This document shows positions 18,038-37,029 of a stretch of 64,000 nt of DNA, piece after piece; position 1 is the stretch's first letter, and the number at the start of each line of letters is the position of its first letter. This DNA comes from Lingula anatina (lineage: Eukaryota > Animalia > Brachiopoda): positions 5,080,587-5,144,586 of the forward strand of contig CM120648.1 of NCBI GenBank assembly GCA_051362555.1, read 5' to 3'. The notes below the pieces were generated by a model. That model did no database searches and had not been told where the DNA came from. It saw only the letters and a program-made list of their open reading frames with translations. The position numbers and the translations under genes are program-made.

Positions 18038-18439
18038 AGCGTGTGACCTTCACCTGAAATCACTCCGCCGTAAAGCATGACAGCATTTCACCTTGTTCAA
18101 GTAGTGTTTTTATTCATATGTTTTACCAAAATACTAAAACTTTTGAAAAAAAATAGTTTTACACAAAATTTTGTCTTTGAAATAGTCTGAGTGTTCATAT
18201 GTTAAGGAGTTAATTTGTGTTGCGGAAATAATGGCAGTTATGCGTTGTTACTATAATAATGTTGTTGCTACATAGCGTTTGAATGAGAAATAACGATAAT
18301 CAATTACCATGCAAATATATTAAATCACTATAGTTACTTTTTATCACTAAAATTTAAAAAAATTAATTATAATCGATGCTTATATATTTATAAATTCACA
18401 GAAAATCAAAATCAAGAAGCCTCGCTTTCGTAAATAAAA

Positions 18440-23343
<4,904 letters not shown>

Positions 23344-24162
23344 AAGGTACAACCACAAGGAACGGGCTGCAAACTGAGGAAAAAAAGGCTAAATAGTATG
23401 GACATGCTATGTATTGATTTAGTGAAAAGTTACGTATCCAGAAATTTCAACAAACCAATGTGATGGGTCCCAGAATTAATTGAATGTTTTGGATTTATTT
23501 AAAGATGCATTTGAAGTCACTTTTTTGCCACAAAAGCCGACCAGATGCCACCATATGGAGAAATGCCAAGGAACGTATTTTTTATAACCTGAATATTGTC
23601 TTTAAACAGTCTTTCTGCTTGCTTTCTGCTCTGTTTATAAACAGGCAGATATAAAGGTCAAATTTACAACCAAAAATTTGAGAAAGATTAATAGGTCAAT
23701 TTTAACATTATACCGATTCTGTATATATTCTAATCACTGTGCATTACACAGATGCACTTAAACAACATGTTGCTGTAAATAAAATTGAAAATATGAACTT
23801 CTTACTTTAGACTTTTTACTATATTTGCCTTTCAGTTACTCATCAAAATGCCAGTTCAGTTGATGGCAGTCGGTGCTGGTTGCAACGCAGTCTGTTTTTG
23901 TGTTTAGATAAGAGTTTGACATCCAAGACATGTTACTACATTTAATGCAACTTTTGATTCTCAATTTAAATATTAAAAAGAAATAGGCAAAGAACTTTGC
24001 AAATGCAGGAAAAAGTAAAGAATTCGTTTTTCTCAAATGATCATTGGTTTCGTTACGTCGCAGTGCCACAAGCTGTAGTGGATGCTGTGGATGGCCTACT
24101 ACACATTTGAGTGGATTATTTGTACTCTTCCACTGGCATTCATCCATTCTGGGTGCGCCCAT

Positions 24163-24283
24163 AGCGATCAAATATGGCGACCCACTTGAAAGCTTTTCGC
24201 ATAATCCCCTAATAGACACTGTATAAATGCCCCGCGGGGATTGTGCGGTAAGGTTTCAAGTGGGTCAGCAATATTTGATCTGC
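24163..24283. repeat. Hairpin / inverted-repeat element downstream of the FkbM gene stop codon
   Basis: gatcaaatatggcgacccacttgaaagcttttcgcataatcccc ... ggggattgtgcggtaaggtttcaagtgggtcagcaatatttgatc form imperfect ~45-bp arms. Confidence 0.7.
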
Positions 24284-24474
24284 GTATGTGTTAGTTGTGA
24301 GTACGGCCTATGACTTAAAGAAAAATAGGAGCCTTCTAATGAACAGTTGCCTCCTGCAGCCTACGGTCCTGTAAAAAAAAAATCGCAAACGCCAGAAAAG
24401 AAAGGGAATAGTCTGTTTCATTAATTTTGGTACGTCTACCAGGTGTACTTGATTCAAACTTAAAAGCCAAGTCT

Positions 24475-26532
24475 CTACCAGGCGAGTCTTGATTTTACAA
24501 AGAAGACATCCAGCCCATTCCCCTCCCGTTTTTGAACGTCCTTCATGGTCTTATCTTCAGGCAGTATTCCCATTTCTCTGTACAACCCCGTCGAACGAAA
24601 AAAGTCACGTATTTCATTCAGCTTTTTCAAACTCCCCTCTTCGTCGATCTTAATGTTGTCGGATAACCTGTACTCAACGGAAATCACCCGGATGTCCAAC
24701 TCCCGAAAGGGAATCATTTTGAGTATCTCGAGCTCTGGACCCTCAACGTCCAATGAGAAATAATCGATGATCTTTCTCCTCATTGCCAACATCAAGGAGT
24801 AAAAAGGAAAACACTGAACCCGCTGGGTTTTAACTGCTTTGTTTCTTTGGATAATCCGTTCGTGGGCTGAGTCGAATTTTTTATCCAGTCCGCCGAAGAG
24901 GCCCATGGGTTTGAAGTCCACTTTCTGCGTGCGGTTGGTGACGCCCAGACAAGAATTGATCTTGTACGCTTTGCGATGGCGACGATAGATCTCTTGCATG
25001 TAATCTGGATTCGCTTCTATCAGCAGTCCCGTCCAGCCTATAAAAAGAAGAAAATGGAAATACAAAAATTTGAAAACATTTTTCTTGAATTTTTTACCGC
25101 TCATTTTATTATGATCGTTTTATTTGCGTAGGAGGAGGCACAGTTTTGGTCATTTCTAATTTCAGTTTAACCAAGTGGGTTCCGTATCGATCACTCTGAG
25201 AGTAAAGTGGACAGTGTTGACGAAATTAAAGAAAAAATATATAGAAAATTTGGTTTTGTGTACACGATATCTTTAGATGAGACATGTGCGGATTTTACAC
25301 TGAAAAATTTTCCAAAACAACTTCCAAATCAGTTATACTGGATTCCGAATGTATTACTCCAATGTCACCTAAGATATCTTTACACAGTTGCAGAGAGGCC
25401 AAGCGCTGCGCAGGGAGAATGACATTCGTACCAGGCTGCGCTGATTTTGTTTAATTAATACAGAAACCGGTGTGAATATTGTTGAGTACCATCGAGTTCC
25501 CGCGTCCATTAAAGGCGCACGCCCGCAGCACAATGAGAACATTGCCTTCCAGCATATTTCAACACATCATATTGAGAGTTCATAATGCAGAACCTCAATA
25601 GTTTCCCTTAAGCTACCCTCAGTATAGCGAGACTTTGCTGCATTTGGACAGAAAAATGAAACTCGCGGAAGCCATGCCAGTGCGTTTAAGCAACATCCAT
25701 CAAAAGATGATGCGTAAGATGAAATCATTGACTTTCTGTAAAAAATAACCCCTGGCTTGCAGCCTTACTACTCGTCAAACTAGTGTTTCTACATAGCTTG
25801 TGATCTTCATCTGGTTTCGATAGGAAAATCATCTTTTCGCATATCTTCATGTTCAGTGCAATGTACAAGATTGGATATATTTTCTCAGATTCCCCGTGTG
25901 AGATTCCAATCACGGACTGCTTTATTTACATGTTATAATTTGAATATTAATCAAATGCACAAAAGCGGCGCAGGTGCAATAAAAAGGGGCTTGACCTTTG
26001 CTGTAAGTGGTGGATACACTCATAAACTACTCACAATATTCACATATTCTTTGAAGGAAACTGGTTAATATATAAATATACCTCTGTAGCGCTCAAAGTA
26101 CAGCGTGTTTGAAAAAGTCTCTCCGTCAGCGGCTCCACACTCCACAAAAAACCCGCCGCGTTTTCCCAACAACAATTTGTCTACGAAGCCAGACTGCCCA
26201 AACTGAGAGTAGTCCAAGGGGTCCAGAACGTGGTTATTTCCCCCCTTATCGCTGTCTAACTGGTACGGCAAGCGCGACGGTCCTACGAGCCATTTTTCCC
26301 TTATTAATTTCAACAGGCGCGGGTTGTCCATTTCGGTTTCCCCGTTTAAGAGTTCATCGATGTCGTCCTCTGAAAAATAGTTCTCTTTCTCTTGGACTTC
26401 CGTTAGTTTGTTTCTGGGTGCTTCCCCTCTTGTTTTGGGGGCAAAATGCATGTATGTATATACTATTACAATGACTACAAGTATCGCTGTAATTTTTCCG
26501 TAGCGAAGACTTCTATTACACTTGTAAAGCAT
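24475..26532 (-). CDS. Star-like FkbM-family (Methyltransf_21) SAM-dependent methyltransferase, type II membrane protein
   Basis: Two exons: 26532-26082 and 25037-24475 (phase-1 intron, G|GC). N-terminal TM ITAILVVIVIVYTYM; YSQFGQ, GGFFVECGAADGETFSNTLYFERYRGWTGLLIEANP, VQCFPFYSLMLAM, IDYFSLDVEGPELEILKMIPF. Confidence 0.92.
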
Positions 26533-27237
26533 GTTTTGTTATAACGTCCTGTCTCTAAGCCTTAGCCAGTCGTGAGCTACGGTAGATATATTGGGGTGCA
26601 AATTGGCTTCTAACGGTAATTTCTCCGATATTTTTTATGCGGAGCTGATCCTCAGGCAAAACATAAACCAAATAGGATATAAACTACATCTAGATCTATA
26701 CAAATAATGAATGTCAAATATGCAATGAATATATGGATACTTCAGACACCTTTGTTTTATCAGGATTTTCATGTAGTGTGGAACGGGATATGCTGGGGGG
26801 GGGGGGGGGGCATTTTTGGTGGGGATACCAACTTACGACATCCTCAAAACTTAGGCCTATTGCCTGGGAACTGACCATGCATTTATGAATTATTTCATGG
26901 TTTTACCAATTATAATACATTCATTAATTTCAACGTAGTTAATGAAAACCTATTTTCGAAAATGTTTAAATATCCAATATTATCATTTCATATTATCATA
27001 TTATAAGTGCACCATTCAACTTAAAGTTTTGAATATTTGTTATTTTAGGCCTACATATAAAATTTTGATCAACTTTGTTTTATTCGACTTCATTTTTCCT
27101 TCCTTTCTAAAAGTAGGCTAAACAAAGAAAAATATAGGTGATTTTGGTAGTCTAAGTATACACGTAGAACCTATAATAGAGCGATAAAAATCGGCTGACT
27201 AATCAACTAATCAATTGATGTTGTCTGCTCACGCATT

Positions 27238-27391
27238 TAGGACTAAATTAATTAATTAAAATTGTTGTAAAACATCCAATCCAAGAACTGGTTGAGCAAT
27301 ATAATTCGTGAGTAGGACTAAATTAATTAATTAAAATTGGTGTAAAACATCAAATCCAAGTACTGGTCGAGCAATATGATTCGGGAGTAGG
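27238..27391. repeat. ~76-bp tandem duplication in the FkbM / TPR-MYND intergenic region
   Basis: taggactaaa(t)ttaattaattaaaattg.tgtaaaacatc.aatccaag.actggt.gagcaatat.attcg.gag is present twice. Confidence 0.85.
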
Positions 27392-27767
27392 ACGGGAGTA
27401 GGAGAAATATTGCTTTTTTTTTTTTTTTCGAGGAAAATTCAATTTGGGCTCGAAAATCCCACATAGGATAACTTGATCTGATGTCTTTAGTTACATGTTC
27501 TCAGCTCTTTTTCCCCTGTCTTATTTGCTTTCATACTTTGATTAAGTTTGAGATAAGAATTACCCCAATGACAAAAATGCAACATCTATGATCTGCTTGA
27601 CCATAATCAGTTACCATTAATTTTGCTATATCGTGACCTTGACCGACCTAGATTCGCGACCTCGCCATTGTTACTCCAAAAGTGGCACTGTTAGTGCTTT
27701 TAGACCTCGCATAGCTATATTTAACATCACTCAAAATAATTTGCTCTAGAATTGAGTCAAACGTCCA

Positions 27768-30700
27768 ATGACGGTCAAAATGGCAGACGACAACTTCATT
27801 CCGATTATAACTACGGCAATTAATAGGAAGAAGCGTTTAACCCGCCTAATTCAGGTCCTTGGTGGCGGGGACAGCCCGCTTGAGGCCTTCGAGCTCGCGC
27901 TGGGGAGAGACTACAGGCTTTTCAGGAAAGTCATTAACAACGTGTATACCATGTGCGAGATGATGGACGAGTTTGCCTTTGGCAAGGTAGGGACAGAGAC
28001 GGTAGACGGACGGCAAGTGACGGGAATGGGGTAATGAATGGGAGAGGCGCACGCGTTTTATGAAGGGAGAGGGGATGTGAAGCGGATTGCAAGTACCAGC
28101 TAAGAAGGGATGGTGAAAGCTTACTAGTAAAAGCTAGGGGATGGGGTGGGAAGAGGAGATGGGGGGGGGGGGGGAGTCAAAGATCTATATCAATTAGAGT
28201 GTAATACCATATTGAAAATGTTTCATTGAACAACTGATGCCAATGCATACAGGGTAGTAAGACTAGGTGCAATTACTAGTATATAAAGATATTTACTTTG
28301 GGTTTGGTCAGTATGTTATTTTGCAACCTTCAGAAAAGTGATATTGACCTTCGCTAAATCTCAATTGATGTTTTATACAAGGTCTGTAATAGAATTTCTC
28401 CTGACTTTCATAAAAAAGTGATATATTGACCCAGGCATAAACATTTTTATCTTCTCAGAGGGTGGCAGACCTACATAAGATAGACATGTTAAAGCTGATG
28501 TGGGATTGCAACATTTGGGGGTTCCTGCAACGTCTTCTCAGCTTACCTGTCCTGCAGGCTAAAGACACATCGGCAGAGAAGGACCGAGAGGAGGAAAAGA
28601 ACCCCTGGTTGCCGTGGAAATCTGTGTATTTTAGCTCCTTAAACGTGCTGTCTCATCTCACAGCCACTCTTTGTTCTCACAACAACGACATGATTAAAAC
28701 GATAGTGGACACTGATATCATAGAACTGGTGATGAACAAGTTTCTTACAGGTGGGTATATTTGGGTACAGTTGCAGGCCCGTAGCCAGGGGGGGTTCGGG
28801 GGGTTCGATAGGAACCACCCTTTTTGCTGGGAAAAGGTCCACTCTGGGTAAAATTTGACCTATGTACTTGTACTTTCATGGTAAAAGGTCCACTTTTTCA
28901 GAAAACACCCCCTCCCCCCGCCCCCTCTGAAATTGCTGGCTACGGGCCAGAGTTGGGTACAATTATAATTTAGAATATATTGAGAAATATAGTACTTATA
29001 TTTGAAATGTGAACAATTCTTTATGTTATAAGTTATAAGGGGGATTTAAATTAAATGTTTTCAGTAATCTGGTAGTAGTAGTAGTAGATTTTTTTAACAA
29101 TTCTAAAGATTTTCTTCAGTGAGAGCAGATGCCTGTATAGTATATTTGTCAAATTGCTTTAAAATTTATTTTGAATTCTGTTGATTTGACTCAAAAAATC
29201 TGAAAAGAAAAGATTTTCAAACTAGTAGCCCAGTGTACATCTAGTTCAGATAATTAATAATGTTAAGCATATGTTATTACAATCTGCTGGTAGCATATAA
29301 TTATTATCAGGCCCGTAGCCAGGGGGGGGTTCGGGGGGTTCGAAAGAACCGCCCCTTTTGCTGGGAAAAGGTCCTCTCTGGGTAAAATTTGATCTAGGTA
29401 CATGAAGTTTTCATGGGAAAAGGTCCACTTTTTCAGAAAACGAACCCCCCTTTTGAAATTGCTGGCTACGGGCCTGATTATGGTATTTTGATTGTTAAGG
29501 TGTAGTGATTCTAAGATGTGTTTGATCCTGTATATTTCTTCTTCTAGGGGACTTCTGTGTCCTTGCCTCCTGCGCTGCACTTCCCTTAATTCGTTTCCTG
29601 ACCGAGCAATCCCAGGAAGCACGTGAACGTTTCTCGTTTCAAAGCGGTATAGAAAAACTGACCAGATTCCTCCACAAGGATGACTGGACTAAGGAAGTGG
29701 TGGCGTGGTACCACAGAGGGCTGGAGGAATGGGAAGAGAGGGCCGTACTGTCACGCCCCGGAGGACTGTGTCTTGTCACCTTTATGCCATTTTTCCCGAA
29801 ACAGGACCCCAAAGCAAATGTGGAGGAGAAAATGAGAATGCGGTATATTGTGTCATGGGGAAGAGTGACCCAGGAAAGAGCTGCGGACATTTGTTATCAT
29901 GTAGGTTTCTATCTATCTGGGCTAATTGTGTCATGCAATAGTGCAGTACTGAGATTTTTCCGACTGTCAGTGGAATCCCAACTATGTGTGAGGCAAAAAT
30001 TCTTCTTACCCTGTGCATGGGTTGTATCTGTTGGACTAAAGGTGGCACATGTTAAATAACAGGCTTAGCCTGTGGCGACAGAACCTAAAACAACAGTCAG
30101 AAGGTACTAAAACGAAATAATCAATAAATTTTATAAACAGAAACACATGTGAAAGTTTTCAGGATTATGTCCTATTTCAATATTTTCAGTCTACCAATGT
30201 TTTTTTTTTTTTGAAATTTTAAGCTATGTTTTCAGGATTTTTACAATTTTCATCCATGGAAACATGACTCGTGTTCTCTTTTTTTCTTTTCCAGCTTGGT
30301 CAAACCAATGACCGTTTCCGCCTGTTGATAATGAAGAATGGCAAGTTGTTAAGAGTGAGTGGACAATGGACAGTAATAGTTTGTCTGTACAACCAATCAA
30401 ATCCTGGGTCTTAATTGTTGATTAATATTTTATTATTTGCATATTATTAAAATAATAATATATTAATAAATAATAATAATAATATTTTGGTGATATTTCA
30501 GTCTGTGTTGCGATGGTATCGAACCCCAGCAATTGTTCCTGATGATGTGGACTTGTTGTGGAAGGTTGCCAAGGCGATGAGTGCCCTAGCAACCACAGAG
30601 GAGATTGCCCTGAAACTAATAAATGACTACAAATTGTTGAGACATTTAGAAGTACTTGGTAAGTGGAGACATCAGGATTTGTGTGTGTGCACGTATAGAT

Positions 30701-31486
30701 AATCTTAATTTGTCAGAGTTGGTGACCCTGGTGTAACACCTTATTGCTGCTGTTAGGATATTTATTTATTTATTTTTTTTTTTCAAATACAGCTTGATGA
30801 ACAAAAAAGATATCAGGATTCAGAAAAATTGATTGATCATTTAGAGACACAGATCTTTTGTCACTAACTGTTGACAGTTTCCACTTATCGACTAGGGTCC
30901 TTTTTAGATAGTGTTATACATAGCAACAGTCAGTTTGCACTGGTACGCTTTGAGTGTTTGACAGCCTGGCTATTACATAGGAGAGAGTCATCTAAACAGA
31001 GCCCTCCCAGTGCTTGACATGACTTTTTATTAAAGTTTTTATCATTTATATAATTAAACAGCAAAACCCTGTGATGCTTAATTGCATGGTAGCACCTCTC
31101 AAAGTTAACTGATACAGTCTGCAGGGCTAACAGTAACTTCTCAATACATGTATGAGAAAGGCCTGTGAATCTAGTTGAAAAGAGCCTATGAATTGATATG
31201 AAAAGGGCCTGTGAATCTATATGAAAAAGGGCCTTTAAATCTATGTAAAAGGGTCTGTAAATCTATATGTAAAGAGCCTGTGAATCTATATGTAAAGGGC
31301 TTGTAAGGCTATTTGTCAGGTATTATTGAAGACTCAATGAAGTAATCATTTACCCCAGAAATGATGTACAATGTCCATTCCAGTGTACTGTCCGTCAGGG
31401 GAGATCCTCCAAAATGTCCTGCAGTGTGTGCTGAGTATTGTGATGCACAGAGGAAAGGGGAGGACTAAGATTGCTGAAAACGAGGT

Positions 31487-31529
<43 letters not shown>

Positions 31530-34500
31530 TAGGTAAATTTAGATTTTCTGTTCAATGGCAATATACTACAGAAGTAATATAATTACATTGAATGTATAAA
31601 AATGCCAAGAGGGATGTTTACTGAATGATGTTTTATAATGTTGTGTTTATACTTTCAGGCGATTTTAAAAGCTGTCATTTCTTATTGTGGATCTTTTGAG
31701 AAAAAGGTACAAAATATTGATAAAATTACTTCACAAAATATACTTTAGTTAGATGAAAAGCAATAAGAAATGAACTTTATAAGAAATATACCACAAGGAA
31801 ATTAAATTTTCAAGATATTGAGTGGAAGATAATTAGATTAATAAGAAATTAAAATGATTTGATGCCAGAAAATGCATGTTACGCTGTGTAACACATACAG
31901 AAATTGTATTGGTGAAGATGGACACAACGTCATTGTGCTGTCTCACCTAACAGAATGTGCCTTGATCAGTTGTGATTATAATTTTATTTTATTATTTATT
32001 GTGTAGTTTTCATCAAGTGAAGATAAATTATATGAAAGAATGAATGATGAGAATAAAAAGGCGCGACATAAGGAGATCAATTAAACAAATAGGATAATGA
32101 TAATAATTATTGTAAGTCACTGACTGATAAAAGTTTGGATATATATTTGCAGATGATGTTTGAAAATTTAAATCTCTGTATTTTCTTTCAGCTTGTTGTC
32201 CCCAGTTTAGCCATCATGCAACATCTGACCGAAGGTCAGACAGGGCTGAATATTCTAAAGGCAGGATTTGGACTCAAAGAAATAGTCCTCATCAATGACT
32301 ACCATGACTCTGTGAGTAAACAGTCTTCTCTTTCCTTTCTCTTTGTATTTTAGGTGCAATTTGTTAAAAACTTGATTATCATGGATAAATGTTTGCAGGA
32401 TTATGCAAGATTTCAGGATTTTCAGTCTTCTTCTTGATCTATTTTTTCGTATGTTCAAAACGTGGTGAGAAATTGCGAGCCACATTTTCAGGATTTTCAG
32501 TTTTTACTGTTTTAAACCATGTCAGATTAGATATTGATCATGAAGGAAGAAATTTTGAAAAAGAAATTCATGGCTGATGATATGCTAGATCAGCCTTAGG
32601 AATATGTGGTCTGAACAGTGCATGATCACCAGTTTTATTGGGAACACTAGATTAAGATCAGAGTGAACAACTAATGTCTTCACAACAGAATTTGTTTGGC
32701 TCTTGGTTCGAAAATATTCCTAAAATGCTGTTATTTGTGTGAAAACGCTTTGTAATTGTTTCATAATTACGAAATTAGGAAGTTTGTCTGTTTGAAGTTT
32801 TTGCTTTCTGTTTTTGTAAATGACAAAAATATTCAACAAAATTGTACAAAATATTATGGGATGGATAGAACTTAATTTTATTGAAACAGTGAAGAAATAA
32901 GCCACTCAATTAAGGCTTAGAATTACACAGTAGCTATCAAGCATTGTTTGCGTGGACTAGGAAAACTTCAACATTTATTATAATGAGAAATATGAGGCAC
33001 ACACATCATCAAATGCACACTGAGAAGTGACCATTTCTTTTAAGTTTGGGTACCATAGAGTATAACAGTGACACACACATTCTTCATTTCACGTTGTGAA
33101 GTGATAGTTTCATTAGAATTTGTATGGTTTGGGTGCCATACAATAAAACGGTGACAAACATAAAAATAACTTGCACTCAGTAGATGCTCATTGTATGTAC
33201 ATTATGGAATTGCCTGTACATTTTCTTCCAGTAGCTATCAGCAATTGGATTTGCCTCTACATGTCACAATTGGCAGGTTACATTTCACCATTGACTGAAT
33301 GAAACACAATAAGTTACGCAATATATCTCAGTATAATCTTATCTAATTTTTTTTTCATAGAAATATAAAACTACAACTAGTTTTCATTTCATGTTATTGT
33401 TTTTGTTGAAAGGTCTTCATTATTCCACACAACCATAAATAGCATCAGCCCCCTCTTGTGATAGTTGCACGTCCTGTTGAAAAAAAAAAAACATGAAAAT
33501 TGCTCCATGAACTGGAGTACTTTATACCAGTTGTCAAATGGTTTTACATCATACACAGCAATCATCATAATAATAATAATTATTATTATTATTTGTGATA
33601 GTTTTCATTTCCTAATATGTTGAAAAGTGTCACCTTAAGACATTCCGTCTACATCGATGATTGAACAGATTTGTGCTTTATAAAAGTAGATATTGATATG
33701 TTGAATTTTGTCTGGCAGTTTAATTACATGTATATTGTCACATGTCATAACTCGTAATGGACACAAAATATTTCATTATATATCAGTACAAAGACTCACA
33801 TATACTATTTCAGCCTAAACATATAAAGATTCATCCATAGCTAAGTCTAACTGTCTGATATTTTGATGTTTACTCAACAAGAAAAGTAAATTGACTCATT
33901 TTCTGGCAGTGTTGTTTTCCATTTCATTAGGCAGGGAAATGCCAATAATTTGTGTCAGAAGGCCAATAACGGCCATTAGCTTAGCCATGCCTTATTGACC
34001 AACCGCTGGGAGATTAGGCCATTAGTGGTGGTTATATCAATATTCTATAATCTACAGGGCTGGTCACTATTAATTTCCATGTGATTCAGGCCACTAAGTG
34101 ACCATTCCCAGACCCTATCATATGAACTGGATCAATCCATCTCTGAGGAGATTCCTGCTAAATTGCAATCAACTTAAGCGGCTTAGATGTCTGTCATGCT
34201 TACTGAAGCGTGCCAGACATCTGAACAGCTTAAACTGAAAGCAATTTGGCAAGAAACCCCTCGAAGATGGATCGATCCTGTTAATTCGATCTGGGTATGG
34301 GAACCCAGGCTATATTTACATTATAAACTCTGAGATACAGAGATAAATGGAGATGACAAAAAAAAATGAAGCTAGGTGTGCAGTGATCTCTGAGATCCTG
34401 GGTGACTCTATAGAAAAAAGGGGTTAAGTTTAAGGTCACTCAGCTTTAATTTAAAGACTGGAGACTTTAGTCTACGTTAATCAGAGATAAATCATAAATA

Positions 34501-36959
34501 GTTTCTTTGAGTGAAGATAGGCTTATATTCGCATCCTAATGTGGCATATAGTTCAAAGTGTTAATCAGGGAGATTTATATGCATTAATATATCTGGAAAT
34601 AGTCCAGAGTATTTTTTATGGGGGTAGGGGGCTGCCACAAAGTAAAATTAAATTAAATAAGATAATAAAACTCTCTCGCTATGGCAATATTCAGTGTTAA
34701 ACGAGTATAATCGGGTAGACAAAAGTTACATCTTGTTTACCTGATCTGCTACATCCACTACAAGGGATTTCACATGTACTATGTGCCTTAAGAAACCTAC
34801 AAGTATGTAATCTTGTGGACTGGGAATGTCAGGTAATTAGTCAGTATCCAGAATAAGTTAATCTAGCTGTGAACATGGCCTTACTTACAAAGCTGGTTAA
34901 TGCAGAGATTAAGAAAAAAATGACAGATTTTATATGTGAGCGTTAATAAAATGGGAATTAACAGAGATTGGGTGAAAAATGATGTGCAGAACTTTCCCTT
35001 GGAATACTATACAACACTTAAGCTACTGGTGAATGTACATATGTTATGGATTACACAGTGTACAAGTAACGCTGTACATTGGACATATTAAAATTTATAC
35101 ACTCTGTACATAGTACATATTAAACCAGATATTTGTACCAGTAGAAAAAGGTTGCTTTACAATGTTGCTGAATAGGAAAAAATACAAAAGGCCCCAAGGC
35201 TGAACAAGTTGAACTTGTTGACCTCAAAAATCAGTCGTATTCCAGAATCAATGGAATCAGTAGGATTGTGGTTTCCTTGTTCTCACATACGTGGTTGAAA
35301 ACATCTGGGAAAATAACATTTTGATGGTACTTGGATAAGTGAGAGAGCAATTCAAAAAAGCTAATCCTGCCATCTGCCAATGCACACAGTGATGCTATAC
35401 GTAAGCAGCGGGGTCTTCTATACTGCTAACATGGGGTCCATTGTTTGATACAGTGTTATCATCATGGGTATTATTTGTGTCTGAGGTCAAGGCCATTGCC
35501 TCTTTTTCATCTGCATTGGCATCAATCTGTTTCTTGTCTTCCTGTGACTTCTTCCATCTCCAGTAAAGCCAAGCTGCAAAAACCACGATTGAAACCACTC
35601 CGATAATCGTACAGAGTGAGATGACACTGCTGGGGTGCATGATTGGTAACGTGCGTGCCTTGATGCATTCCGTAAATGTTTGCATGTAGGTTGTATTGAC
35701 CGTAATGCGTGCCTCTGCCAACACACACACGTCGTAGTTGTGGTCCGTGGCAAGGTCTTGTATTTTGTAAAGCTTCAACTCCTTGGCATGCTCACTAGTC
35801 ACCAAACGTTTGAGGCCGTCATCTTTGCTGTATTGAATCTTATAGCCCGTTATCGAGAGATTGAAATCTTGAGGAAGAACGGTGGTCTTCCATTTGATTG
35901 TGATGGAGTCTGTGGAACTTCTTACCCATCTGATATGAAGGGCAACCGGAGACTTCATTTTCATATCTGTATTATTGAATGCTGAATCGCTTCCTGTGTT
36001 TGATTGGTCGAGTTTTGAACTCTGACCTTTGACCTTGGGGTCATTTTCAACTGAGGAATCTGGGAAGTTTTCATTAGGCATCAATGTAGTTGCAGTGCTG
36101 GAAGCCATTTTGTAATTTATTTCCTGAGAAGTAACATTGTCGCACAACACGATAAAAATGATTCCCAGGAAAGTTACATCCAGTAGAGCTGCCATAATTC
36201 TGTGCACAACTTGAATTTGCATCTTCTGTCTCCTTTGATATTTCATTCAAACTTTTCCTGCTATGAATAATACTGTCCCTTCTCTTGTCTTCCTTGTTTG
36301 AACTTTGAATAACTCTTTTATTGCTTGTTTGGAAGTCTTGCTGACTCTTCTTCTGAAATATAGAAATAAAATTAATTGAAATTGAAATATGTTATACATT
36401 ATTTGTTAACCCGTACATTTGTAAATATTTTTTCAGACAGAAATTATTCTGCTTGCCTTTTGAATGAATGAATGCTGTGAATAAGTTTTAATTTTCTTAT
36501 GTAGTCTATGCCATTAACCACACCATTTGCACAGATGCAGTTTTATCTGATTACGCCATAAGTAGGATTTATTCTGCATTTGTGCCGCACATTTGCTAAG
36601 CCCATAAGCCCAAATGGCATTAGTTTATTTCATATGAACCAGTTATTTTAACTGTTACAGCTATTAAAGTACACTTGAAAGCCAACCAGTCTGGAAAGAC
36701 ATCTGCATGCCTTCCTTGTTGGAAATGTAAGCTGTCGTTTAAATTACAATGCAATGTATCAGCAATGCTGTGTCTACAGCTTGTATGAGTGTTTTACAAA
36801 TTAGACATTTATCGTATCCAATTGGTTTATACAGATTTAGAAAAGAATATGTTTTCTTGAGCTCACCGGAAAGAAACTTGATTAATGCTACTCAAAAGGT
36901 TTATCTTGTATATACAATTAGTTTATGTATTTATTAATTATTAGTGCTTGAAAACAGGT

Positions 36960-37029
<70 letters not shown>

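Noticed and set aside
30793-30870. Exon-like stretch after a T-rich tract (LDEQKRYQDSEKLIDHLETQ...)
   Set aside because: Wrong phase for the upstream donor (immediate TGA) and no suitable donor before a stop
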